From a virus, in the IMG/VR virus record IMGVR_UViG_3300044979_000007, positions 6,899-70,898 of that record: 64,000 bases of DNA. One strand, given 5' to 3'. This document shows, one piece after another, positions 39,001 to 48,400 of the stretch. Below the pieces are notes generated by a model. That model was not told the origin of the DNA. It made no database searches and was given only the letters and a program-made list of their open reading frames with translations. Positions within the stretch are counted from its first letter, which is position 1. Each line of letters begins with the position of its first letter. The position numbers were made by a program, and so were the translations under genes.

Positions 39001-41962
39001 GGATATTGGAGATTTCGATAAGGCTAAAGATGCCGAATTTAAGAGAGCACAGGAATATTTTGTTAAGAATCCGGATGCCACCGAATTCGAAGGCAAACGC
39101 ATCAACGAATCTTTCAATCAATACAAGGATCGTATTATAAAAGCCCGTACTGCACTAGAAAACGAACCATCCAGCACCTTAGTCGTCAACCATAGCAACA
39201 ATATGATGCTATGGGATGCTTATGAAAAAAATGGCCGTCAGTGGAACGAACAGACTGCCGAAGACTACCTACATTCCAAAACACCGGAACCAGCAACGTT
39301 AACAGATAAATCTAAACAAAATGCCATTCCAGAGCAAGCAACAGGAGAAATGGGCGTTCGCAACGGCCCAACCGTTCGCCAAGGAGTGGGCGGACAAAAC
39401 GGACCAGAGCAGCCTCCCGGACAAGGTGAGCCAACCGAAGAAAAAGAAAATTCGGGTCAAAAAGGCCCCGGCGAACCCGGCAAGACAGACGACTGGCCCT
39501 TCATAGAGGAAGACAGCGATAATGAATTTACCAGCACCAAAACCGAAATTACCAAAAAGAAGATAGAGGAAGCTGGATTAGTGCAGCCAATGAAAGAAGC
39601 TGCCCGTGAATTTGGAGAGGTTTGGAAAAAGGCACAAGAGAAAATAGCGAAAGGGGAGAATATAGAGAAACTTATTAAGTCATTAGATAATAAGCCTCGG
39701 GCCGTCACTGATTTGGAAAACGCCATGATTCTATTCCATCAGAATGTGAAGGAATCGCAATTGGATGCCGCTAATAAGGATATAGCCGAAGCCATCGACA
39801 AGAAAAAACCAGAAGATTTGGCAGATGCCATTCAAAGGCGTGCCGCCCTATTAGATGACCTACAGAAAATCTACAATGTAGATAAGAAGATAGGCAGAGA
39901 AACAGCAAGGGGATTAAATGCCCGTAAAATGATGGCGGATCGTCGTTTCTCGTTAGTGAATATGCAAATGGAAAAACGTGCGGCGAAAGGAGGCGATCCA
40001 TTGTCTGATGACGAAATGAAGGAACTCCAAAAGCAACACGACGATATTAAAGCGGCAAAAGAAGCCGTAGATGCCCGTGTCGCTGAACTTGAAAAAGAGA
40101 ACGCTGCCTTACGTGCCAAACAAGCCATATCAGGCGGCAAAGGCGGTAGGGCGCGCAAAACGAAAGAACAGTTTAAGGAGGAAAGGAAAGATATTGTCCA
40201 AAAGATGCGCGCCGACTTATTGAAAGCAGCGAAAGGCGGCGAAGGGCTTACTTCATCCATTCCTGGTGCCGCGCAGTTAAAAGCAGTCGCGCCACACATT
40301 AGAGACTTGGTTAAGAGTTTTATTGAGGAAGGGGTAGACAAGTTGGAGGATATTACCAAAAACATCATGGATATTCTGAAACCGGATATTCCAGATTTGG
40401 AAGAAAGGCACGTTCACGATTTGATTGCAGGCGTGTACAATGAGCCGCCAGCCGCAAAAGAGCCGTCTACCTATCAAAATGTCAAGGAACAGGCCAAGGC
40501 GCAAAAATACCGTGCAACCCATCCTAAATTAATGAAAGCGCAGGCCGACTACGAACGCGCAAAGGATAGATTCGCTCAAAGCATAAAAGTTGATGAGCGA
40601 AAATCCCGCACTTCGCTTGAAAAGGGGTTAGATGTATTCCAGAAATACAACCGGATGGCTAAACTATCTAATCCGGTTACGCTCGGTAAATTAACTGCCG
40701 CAGCTTTGACCAGGGTGGCGACTACGCCAGTTGAAAGTGCCGTTGGTGCAGGTTGGTCATGGCTATTGCCAGCATTGGCCAAAAAAGCGCCCGGTGAAGC
40801 CGGGGCAAATGTAGCCGCACTAGCCAAAGGGTATAAGGCTGCTTTCATGCGCGGGCTAGATGACGCGGCAACGATTGCCAAAGGCGGTAAAACAGATATA
40901 GAGGCCATATACGGCAAGAAAGGCCAATTACCTCCTAAAGCCTTAGACTTCTTTGGTCAGTTACACAGCGCGATCAAGGCCCCCGTGAAGCGGTTTGCTT
41001 TTGAGCGGTCATTCCAAAAAAGACTAGCCAATAACATCAAAAACGGCGCAACCATTGATGGCATGACAGAAGCCCGTATTGCAATGGAAGCCTACAAGGA
41101 TGCGGAACGTTCAATCTTCATGCAGGACAACCCAATCTCAAAAGGGTGGACAAATGCTATGGCGGCAATGGAACGGTCTGGGCCTAGAGGTGAATTAGTG
41201 GCTACGATTAGTCGGTGGTTACTTCCTTTCGTAAAAGTCCCAACGAATATCTTAGGAGAAACTATCTCGCATGTCGCCGGTCCGGAAATAGCTTTGACAC
41301 AAATTATCTCAAAGAGTTTGGGTAAAGGGCTTAAAAACTTGTCACAGGATGAGGCGGAAAGTATCATGCGGAACCTGAAAAAAGGAACGATTGGCCATGT
41401 AGCTTTGATGGCCGGATATCTCAATCCTAGCGTTTTTGGCGGCTATTACCAGAAAGGAGAGAAGCGAGATGAGAAAGACGTTAAAGTGGGAGACATGAAG
41501 ATAGACGGCGTAAATATCCCCGCATGGGCTTTAGAAGCCCCTATATTCCAGACGATGCAACTTGGCGCAACCGTTCGCCGGATCAAAGACACCATGGTTA
41601 AAGGGCAAGCCAAAGGCATTGGGGAGGGTATTTGGGGCGGCGCACTCGGGTTGATGTCCCACGAGCCGCTGATCGATGAGCCATCTCGCCTTACCGGGAT
41701 GATGGCCAGTCCGACGGAACGGCAGTATTTCTTGGGTGAACTGGCAAAAAGTACCCTTGTCCCTGCTGTCTCCGAATACGCCGCTAAAGTAACCGATCCG
41801 GCCGATACGAGATCAACGGGTGAAAAAATGCTCGAACCGGAGAACAAACGGGCACCGACAACCATAGGCGAACACGTTGAAAGCGCCATTCCTGGACTTC
41901 GGGAGAACACGCCGATTAAGCAACCCAAACCAACCGGTCACCGGCAAAGGCAACACAGATAA
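36047..41962 (+). CDS. giant virion/ejection (large polyvalent-type) protein with internal histidine-phosphatase domain
   Basis: 1971 aa; RHA (38756), SGLERS, LNTWDIGDFD, NESF, LVVNHS (39191); helical C-terminal PFVKVPTNI region. Confidence 0.8.
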   Translation: MAGTTDILEPDVDEQEPQPAPPPIGGPGQQPPVKTPTPNYGLKDEDKQKIAQIITKMQQAGEPDTNIKSVVKRFIEINTAPPPSPVDKGIRQTTQNLNQPLQFNGTFQPDLEGEKNGLYLNDPDYQAQKKDFVSRIATDQNGVLLYPEQDSKGNWSNYYTKQPIPNFDPHSMQGKILQVPRPYQAATGGKQFITPTYNWDTNSYDFPGVQTPDVPTQTTLPTATVYWNKNAPTGESPELQGLSPSVNKIVVESNKQGGQFGSILKENPSLAGDIDNTLNKYGPQYAESLDAGSQGMTNVLQKTVEDKYNLSQPLPKNVDPDILSGHLSVLNNFEKNKNEFEGQQQELQHQADLLTDRAKRTGQPISQEDADRLAQKAAQNLQRWNAYTKTVNFSQNYLNQPEVKNYLTEFQKRQQGIGLMDEIRQRSFPDDTNAQLKQDEYDRKAVEGNTGVLDYLKTAAGSAAKGVTNIGEGAMQLWSYTQPGIDPSLMSSVQKLNNNAQQFLSSNLPSISPDAMEQISKGKGGLSLLANDVASTVGGFAPYIVPGLAEEAGVAKAGTFATALAESLPTVRKEAEKAGLTGSAYNTYLAAKPLIGAAFMTLLPNIKFAKGFENDVAEAVVNGEANNPKRMLLNLAAKAVKEPGDIAHLQAMLTGTNLGNALVNQVTNGLQAKEDLQRGISRKNGLSTDISGAFDPRQTAVMALAGKALEAVPTLKNAVGDYQAGKDVAETYDHIQNNLVELAAQNTPAVSAQVDAMLKKDPGNIYAQHLKNTLEDFTDAQLRMPQGLEPEQKAALFSVQNQISQINRQMAYADPVYKPHLQKNIDELNKQIPELLKDPKKANDYLKDSHNDLIDTINSPKTEANGKETENAPDAQAEGEIGKPTEGVQGIAAPSGAPSFLESRHADTKDDEKGLVSGPNDNPISPEGRKDANNLATEVKEHSEKTGVPVTKVITSGLERSKNTGQAVADKVGAKVVSDPELNTWDIGDFDKAKDAEFKRAQEYFVKNPDATEFEGKRINESFNQYKDRIIKARTALENEPSSTLVVNHSNNMMLWDAYEKNGRQWNEQTAEDYLHSKTPEPATLTDKSKQNAIPEQATGEMGVRNGPTVRQGVGGQNGPEQPPGQGEPTEEKENSGQKGPGEPGKTDDWPFIEEDSDNEFTSTKTEITKKKIEEAGLVQPMKEAAREFGEVWKKAQEKIAKGENIEKLIKSLDNKPRAVTDLENAMILFHQNVKESQLDAANKDIAEAIDKKKPEDLADAIQRRAALLDDLQKIYNVDKKIGRETARGLNARKMMADRRFSLVNMQMEKRAAKGGDPLSDDEMKELQKQHDDIKAAKEAVDARVAELEKENAALRAKQAISGGKGGRARKTKEQFKEERKDIVQKMRADLLKAAKGGEGLTSSIPGAAQLKAVAPHIRDLVKSFIEEGVDKLEDITKNIMDILKPDIPDLEERHVHDLIAGVYNEPPAAKEPSTYQNVKEQAKAQKYRATHPKLMKAQADYERAKDRFAQSIKVDERKSRTSLEKGLDVFQKYNRMAKLSNPVTLGKLTAAALTRVATTPVESAVGAGWSWLLPALAKKAPGEAGANVAALAKGYKAAFMRGLDDAATIAKGGKTDIEAIYGKKGQLPPKALDFFGQLHSAIKAPVKRFAFERSFQKRLANNIKNGATIDGMTEARIAMEAYKDAERSIFMQDNPISKGWTNAMAAMERSGPRGELVATISRWLLPFVKVPTNILGETISHVAGPEIALTQIISKSLGKGLKNLSQDEAESIMRNLKKGTIGHVALMAGYLNPSVFGGYYQKGEKRDEKDVKVGDMKIDGVNIPAWALEAPIFQTMQLGATVRRIKDTMVKGQAKGIGEGIWGGALGLMSHEPLIDEPSRLTGMMASPTERQYFLGELAKSTLVPAVSEYAAKVTDPADTRSTGEKMLEPENKRAPTTIGEHVESAIPGLRENTPIKQPKPTGHRQRQHR
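38640..38690 (+). CDS. overprinted 16-aa basic micropeptide MAKKPKMPPMPKPKGK
   Basis: +1 frame inside the giant ORF; followed by a hairpin at 38702-38742. Confidence 0.35.
   Translation: MAKKPKMPPMPKPKGK
39321..39506 (+). CDS. overprinted small basic protein (MPFxSKxQ family)
   Basis: +1 frame; A-rich start context TAAATCTAAACAAAATG; MPFQSKQQEKWAFA...LPDKV...KKKK. Confidence 0.6.
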   Translation: MPFQSKQQEKWAFATAQPFAKEWADKTDQSSLPDKVSQPKKKKIRVKKAPANPARQTTGPS

Positions 41963-42064
41963 TCAACTATTTACAGTATTATTTGGATAATTAGATGAGA
42001 GTAAGTAATTTGGCACCTATATACTATAAGGGACTAAGACCTTTTATACTAAAACGTTAATTAA

Positions 42065-42232
42065 ATGCAAAAAAACTATTTAGAAGATGTAAGCGAAGCT
42101 GCTCGAAAGGTGGCCCCAGATATTGAAAAGTTATTGCAAGGTTTATCCGTTAGCGATGCAAAGAGGCTTTTGTTTCGCTTGACAAAGAAGATTGAAGCGG
42201 ATACTAACGTAGCTGCGCCTATTCCTTGTTAG
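42065..42232 (+). CDS. hypothetical 55-aa protein
   Basis: Manual: MQKNYLEDVSEAARKVAPDIEKLLQGLSVSDAKRLLFRLTKKIEADTNVAAPIPC. Confidence 0.5.
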   Translation: MQKNYLEDVSEAARKVAPDIEKLLQGLSVSDAKRLLFRLTKKIEADTNVAAPIPC

Positions 42233-42401
42233 TGATTGCAAATTCGACGTCCTTAATTGACGAATCGATCACGTCTAGCTTTTCTACAATGCTTCGCAAC
42301 TTAGAACTTTCTGAATCCGGAATTGAGCTTTTAATGTCATCTAAGCTACTGTCAATCGAACGCAGGACTTTCATTAAGTCCGAAAACTGTTGATCTGTCA
42401 T
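42219..42401 (-). CDS. small coiled-coil protein (moron-like)
   Basis: MTDQQFSDLMKVLRSIDSSLDDIK heptads. Confidence 0.55.
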   Translation of the reverse strand: MTDQQFSDLMKVLRSIDSSLDDIKSSIPDSESSKLRSIVEKLDVIDSSIKDVEFAITNKE

Positions 42402-42477
42402 AAAAAACTTGTTTAGACCGCTAGTTATGCGGCAATTATTGTAAATAATGCCTTCCTTTCTAGGAGGGCATTCAAAT

Positions 42478-42840
42478 TTAGCTATTTTCAACATAATACA
42501 TATAGGTTTTATCCGGGTATTCCAGCCAAAAAGAGGCTAAATGCGGCGCTTTCTCCGATTCGTAGATCTCATGGGTGACGATACATTTTATACCCTTAGA
42601 ATCAACCCCATTGAATTTAAATGTGGCGATACTATCTTTCTCGAAGACAGAAAACGGTTTGGAATCCAAATGGAAGATTTGAACGATTGGGGAATGGATA
42701 TACAATATCGAACTATCGGAGTTCAGTTCTATGGGCATATCCTTTAAATCATGCATTTCTGGCGGCTCCATCCGGTGTGAATATCTCGCTACACGGCGGC
42801 ATAATGTAACTATCACACCGTTTGCATTATTTGTGGACAC
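42478..42840 (-). CDS. hypothetical protein (moron-like)
   Basis: 120-aa ORF antisense to the structural operon. Confidence 0.5.
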   Translation of the reverse strand: MSTNNANGVIVTLCRRVARYSHRMEPPEMHDLKDMPIELNSDSSILYIHSPIVQIFHLDSKPFSVFEKDSIATFKFNGVDSKGIKCIVTHEIYESEKAPHLASFWLEYPDKTYMYYVENS

Positions 42841-43131
42841 AATTCAAAAAAACGGGTCAAGATTCTATATAAAACCCCCTGACCAAATACTGATCTGGCT
42901 TCAATAATCACTTGGCGAATATGAGAATGACTACCACTACCCACCCCACAAGAGCGGCTATTTCAAGAATCCTAATATAATTTCTGTCTTGTTGTGTCAG
43001 ACCGCTAAATCTACCCTACGGGTTTATCCTACTTGCCATCCCTTCTTGTCCCTCACCATATATAGATGCCATAGAGAAAGATTTGGTCTAAAATACCGCT
43101 TTTTTCGTATTTTAGCGAAACTTTCTCTAAA

Positions 43132-44031
43132 ATGCCTGACCTCCCATCTATTTCCCCACCTCCAACCATTGAGGATGATGGCACGCCAACAGGGGGGGGC
43201 AATACACCACCGACGAAGACGACCACCGCCCCAGCTTTACCAACCCTCATCCCTAAGCCAAACTATGCCGATCCAGTATCTAGGCTACAATATGCTAAAA
43301 GTTTTTATAAACAGTATCCAGGAATAGGACATGGTAACGGGGACACACCACTTCGCATTAACGAAGTACCAAATACCGATTTTGACAAACAGACGCCAAA
43401 ACAAATGTCTACAGAGATAGGGTCAAAATTAGGCATCGACCCGGCACTTCTTTATTCATCCGCGATGAACGAGGGCATGAGTGGACTTTGGAATGACAAA
43501 GAAGGTAATATAGTCGGTACCAGTGATAAGAAATTTCCGGTGAGCGGGTACAATAGTTTTGGATTGGATAACTTTTCAGACGCGTATCCCGCACTCGTCA
43601 AGAAAGGATATTTGCCACCAGACTTTCAAAATAATTTCGTAAAGCACGTCATCCCGCCACAGGAAGGAGACAATAAAACAACCGTCAATTCAGCTGATTT
43701 CGTAGATGCAAAATCAGCACTCACCGCTAAAGCAGCTATGATGAAAATGGAATATGACGACATAGATTCCTACACTAAGCAACGGAAGATAACCCTATCG
43801 CCAAAGGCAAGAGACTTTTTCGCGTTGGCGGATTACAACGGCGGTGAAGGAACGGGGCATCAAATGATAAACGATTACAACAAAAACGGGCTATTAGAGG
43901 GGGATAAATTTTTAGAATCAAGACCAACTTCCGGCACCGGGTTGAAAGCGGGTAGTTACAAGAAAGTATACCAAAACGTTAGCCAGCGTTTGGCGATGAG
44001 GGACGCATTAAAGGAACAGCAACTATTTTGA
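43132..44031 (+). CDS. lytic transglycosylase-like (lysozyme fold) virion hydrolase
   Basis: GIDPALLYSSAMNEG (catalytic Glu) and ALADYNGGEG. Confidence 0.7.
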   Translation: MPDLPSISPPPTIEDDGTPTGGGNTPPTKTTTAPALPTLIPKPNYADPVSRLQYAKSFYKQYPGIGHGNGDTPLRINEVPNTDFDKQTPKQMSTEIGSKLGIDPALLYSSAMNEGMSGLWNDKEGNIVGTSDKKFPVSGYNSFGLDNFSDAYPALVKKGYLPPDFQNNFVKHVIPPQEGDNKTTVNSADFVDAKSALTAKAAMMKMEYDDIDSYTKQRKITLSPKARDFFALADYNGGEGTGHQMINDYNKNGLLEGDKFLESRPTSGTGLKAGSYKKVYQNVSQRLAMRDALKEQQLF

Positions 44032-44073
44032 GATAATATAACAATTTTTTAGTAATTTCACAAAACAATCGAA

Positions 44074-44574
44074 ATGCCTCTAGTGCCTTCGTTTTCGGTG
44101 ACCCCTTTAGGAAATGGATCATCTTTCGTAATAACTGACACATCTACAGGGTCAGACGGGGCTATTACCGACAGACAAATTTTGATTTATACAGCTTCGA
44201 ATGCTTTACTGGTTCCGGCCATAGATTTCCAGCTTTCTGCCGGAAATTCCATAACAATATCGCCGTTAACTACAGATATCGCCGTAGCTATTGTATTGAA
44301 TTGGAATAATAGTTCTGGCGCTGCTATTTATACGTACAACCTTATTTTCGCTTTTGTTCAATTCGGGCTTCTTTTCCTGCAATCCCTTACGCAAACTCAA
44401 ATCTCTAATCCAAATATAGTCAACGATCAAAACTGGATCAGTCAAAAACTAGGGATTTTCTTGGAGATTCAAAGCGCATTGAATGCAATAAACGTAGGTC
44501 AAAGTGTGGCCGCAGCCCAATCCTGTATTTTGAGATATAACCAGACTATTGCGAACCAAAACACTATATTCTAA
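44074..44574 (+). CDS. tail structural protein
   Basis: FVITDTSTGSD N-terminal beta domain; tail module position. Confidence 0.6.
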   Translation: MPLVPSFSVTPLGNGSSFVITDTSTGSDGAITDRQILIYTASNALLVPAIDFQLSAGNSITISPLTTDIAVAIVLNWNNSSGAAIYTYNLIFAFVQFGLLFLQSLTQTQISNPNIVNDQNWISQKLGIFLEIQSALNAINVGQSVAAAQSCILRYNQTIANQNTIF

Positions 44575-45446
44575 TGGCATCGCAATTCACTATCAGCCAG
44601 ATAATCGAATACCAGGAGGTCAGTCAATATCTCGCAGCAAATGACAAGTCTTCATTAATGCAATTGCAAAGCGGATCATACATTGGCATACTGCCACAAC
44701 TTTTGTATATGGAGGGGGTTCTTTTACAGAACCTAAATAGTCTCAATCCTGGCAGCCCAACACTAAGGGGGGCGGCCGAATATGTCTTATCGCTTTGCGG
44801 TAAATACTTATCACAAGCTATCCAGACGATCAACAATCTAGCAGGCTCAAAGCCAGTTATTACAGGGCCCAGCAATGAAGCTACCACGGTTGGTGGATCG
44901 GCCACTTTCACTGTCAGCGTTACGTCTTCAACTCCAGTTGTAATTCAATGGCTTTTGAATGGTGTACCGACAGGAACATTTGGAAGTACACTTATTGTTT
45001 CAAATGCTCAATTATCTCAAAACGGAAATCTTTATTCAGTGCAAGCAACTAATCTCGCTGGTGTAGTTACCAGCAATCAAGCAACTTTGACAGTAACAGC
45101 CGGACTGACCGGCCAATTTTATCAAGGCAGCACAGATTATTCGGCAGCATTGGAAGGCGGTACGGACAACGTGTCCTACTTGGGAACCTTCCCTATAACG
45201 ACAGGCCAACCGTTTACGGTTACATTCCCCGATCTTGTATCAACCGAATACCTAGTAGTAAAATATCCGGCGACTGAGCCAACGAAAACAAGTTATCTGA
45301 ACCCGCCGCCAAGTGGACCAGACACGGGGCCGGTACCAAATTTGGCATTGAATACGACAACTATTGGAGCTTATAAATATATATTCAGTAGGACAGGAGT
45401 ACCATTTGGTGTTAACGCAGTAAACGGTAAAATTCAATTCAGCTAG
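44574..45446 (+). CDS. tail protein with Ig-like domain
   Basis: P.ITGP......GGSATFTV......IQWLLNG...TL.VSNA....G..Y.V.ATN..G.VTS..ATLTV I-set pattern. Confidence 0.75.
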   Translation: MASQFTISQIIEYQEVSQYLAANDKSSLMQLQSGSYIGILPQLLYMEGVLLQNLNSLNPGSPTLRGAAEYVLSLCGKYLSQAIQTINNLAGSKPVITGPSNEATTVGGSATFTVSVTSSTPVVIQWLLNGVPTGTFGSTLIVSNAQLSQNGNLYSVQATNLAGVVTSNQATLTVTAGLTGQFYQGSTDYSAALEGGTDNVSYLGTFPITTGQPFTVTFPDLVSTEYLVVKYPATEPTKTSYLNPPPSGPDTGPVPNLALNTTTIGAYKYIFSRTGVPFGVNAVNGKIQFS

Positions 45447-45460
45447 AAAAAACAAACGAT

Positions 45461-48400
45461 ATGAACAAAGGTCAGCGGGTGGCCCTACCAAATAGATATT
45501 GGTCAGCCATCCTGTTAATCCTAATATTATTCTCTTTAAGGGGGTACGGTCAGACGTATAACCCGTCTATTCATGTCGTTGTTAACGATGCGATTTCCCC
45601 GGCACAGGCAACGCCAACCGATAGTCGTAGTATGTTCTATGACGCCACCAATTTCGTTTATAGGCCGTACCAATCAACCAGCGAGGTTTTAAGCTACCTG
45701 AATCTTTCAAAGTATAGAACCGGAAATTTTCTTATTGTCATTGACAGCGGCGGAACGTTGCAGAGCAACGGGACGTTTCTGAATGGTACGAATACCATTT
45801 GGATGTTCCGGGATAGTACAACCAATTCTGCGTTAATAAAATTGAATATATTTAATACTGGTGCATGTTCGGGTTGTTTGTTGGCTTCGAATAACTTGTC
45901 TGATTTGGCAAATGCCGGTACCGCCCGATCCAACCTAGGATTAGGATCAATGGCTACGCAAACCACTACTGCTATAGGGTCTGATGTGGTAGGTACATGG
46001 CCGGGAGCGTTGACAGTAGCTAAATTCAACGGACAATTACCATCTTATTACCTTAACTATGCCAATCTTACCAACCCCCCTCCCGGATTAAGTCTTACCA
46101 CCACCGGAACTTCCGGGGCGGCTACTTACAATTCAACAACAGGCGTTTTAAACATTCCAAACTATACCGGAGGCGGCGGAAGTTGCTTAAACTGTAATGC
46201 GGATACAATCGGAAACATACCATTAAACTTTGTTAGCTTCTGTAACAACTGCGTATTAACGTTAGATAGTACGGCTGGGTATGCGTATTGGGCACCGTCT
46301 ACTGGCGGGACAGCTTCTTTGCCTCCAAATGGAGGAAGTGGTTTTAGAATTTATTCTCCCCAAATTCCAGCCATTCGCTCACTAGTTTGCGCATCTGGAT
46401 GTACGATTGATTCAACGAGCAATACAGGATCGTTAACGTTTACTGTTACCACCAGCGGGGTCGGGACGGTTACCAATTTTTCGGCGGTCAATATCACCGG
46501 GTTTGCAACTCAGGGCGTAACGAATGCAACTACCACCCCACAGCTTACTTACACTCTTATTAACGCACCTGCCTACAATGTTTGGGGAAACAATACATCC
46601 TCTCCGGGGGCACCTGCCTATTTTGCCCCCAACTTGACGATATTAAACCAATGGGCCAGCGGGTCAATAGCTCTTTTGGGAGCTACGCAAACCTTTACAG
46701 GGTCAAACACATTTAATGGGGGGATATTCTTAGGATCATCAGTTGGGTTCTCGGCGGATAACACGTATAATATAGGGTCTACCTTAGATGGAGCAGCCAA
46801 TATATATTCCAGAAATTTACTGTCAACGTCTAATTTACTATTGGGCGCAGGGGCCTCAAGTTCCATAGCTTTTGATATCAATGGCGTCACTAACGCGCAA
46901 TTACTCAGTACCGGCCAATTGAATCTTACGAAGTATACTACACCTACTTCATTTACGGGTACGGCTACCTCAGTCTTAGAAGTTGACGCTTCCGGAAACA
47001 TCATACAAGGGCCTATAACGTATAACCTGTATGCGGTGGAAGGTACATCTCCGATAGGAACACATGGAGATTCGGTACAATTGGGAGGATCGTTGGGGAC
47101 ATTGTTTCAGCCGGATACTATTTTCACGGCAGGTCAACCTTTTTATATTACCGGACTACCCAGCAAAGCAACGGCCCTTACTACTGACAGCGTTTTGATT
47201 GAAACAATAGCAGGACAGTTGTATAAATTGCCTGTTCCTTCTGGCGGGGGCGGTGGATTGACCTCCTTCACTTCTCCGAACAGCACTATAACCATAGGTG
47301 GAACCCTGACAGCGCCAACCGTAGATATCAACTTGGCACATGCGAATACATGGAGTGCCCTTCAAACACTTACCGGTGGGTTGGCCATGACCAGCAACAT
47401 CACCTTCACCGCTACCAACACTTATAGCATAGGAACCCTATCAGATGAAGCATCACAAGTCTATACCCAAAATATATCAGCCAATGGAGGATTAGCACTA
47501 AGCGCAGGGTCTACCAATAATATTACATTAGCGTTTAATGGAACACCAGAAGCAGTTTTAAGTCATACTGGTCAGCTTCAATTGAATAGTTATGGGGTCG
47601 GAACGTTTACGGGAACGACGGCCTATTATCTGGCAGTAACATCAGCAGGTCAACTTATCGAAAGTAGCGGAAGCGGCGGCGGTTCGCCTGGTGGTAGTAA
47701 TACAGACGTTCAGTTTAACAACTCAGGAGCTTTTGGCGGGGCTGCTGGAATGACTTGGAACGGCTCTGTCTTCACAGCCACGGCCATTACTTCAACGGGA
47801 GATGCAACGATTAACGGAGTGGATGCCGGTTTGGGTAAAGGCGCTCTTGCCCACAATACCGTATTCGGTGTAGGAGTATTTAACGCTACCCCCACCGGAG
47901 ATTATAATACGTTCTTTGGGTATGACGCCGGATATGGTAACACTTCTGGAACTGGAAATATTGGAATAGGACCGCTCGTATTAAGCAGCAATGCAACTGG
48001 AACATACAATGTTGGTATAGGGTATCAGGCTGCCAGGAATGTAACCGGAAGTTTCATTGTGGCCATAGGAGATCAGGCATTGAGTGCATATGTCAGCGGC
48101 AACGACGCAACCGCTGTAGGCGCATTGTCACAAGTTAACGCTACCGGATATGGAAATACTTCACTCGGTAAATGGTCGTTGTCTCTTTTGACAACTGGAA
48201 CATGGAATACAGGAGTAGGACTTGGGGCTGGATCGGGGGATAGCACTGGTGTTGACAACTGGTGGGGAGCATATTTGGCAGGCGATCTCGCCTCAACTGG
48301 ATCATGGAATACCGTCACCGGTGCGTATGCTGTCCAACAACAGGCACATCCATTCTATAATACTGATTACGGTTTTGAAGCAGGTGGGCAAAATTCATCA

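Noticed and set aside
36047-41962. Virion RNA polymerase
   Set aside because: No DxDxD/DFDID catalytic motif found; DFD at ~39011 belongs to the histidine-phosphatase motif
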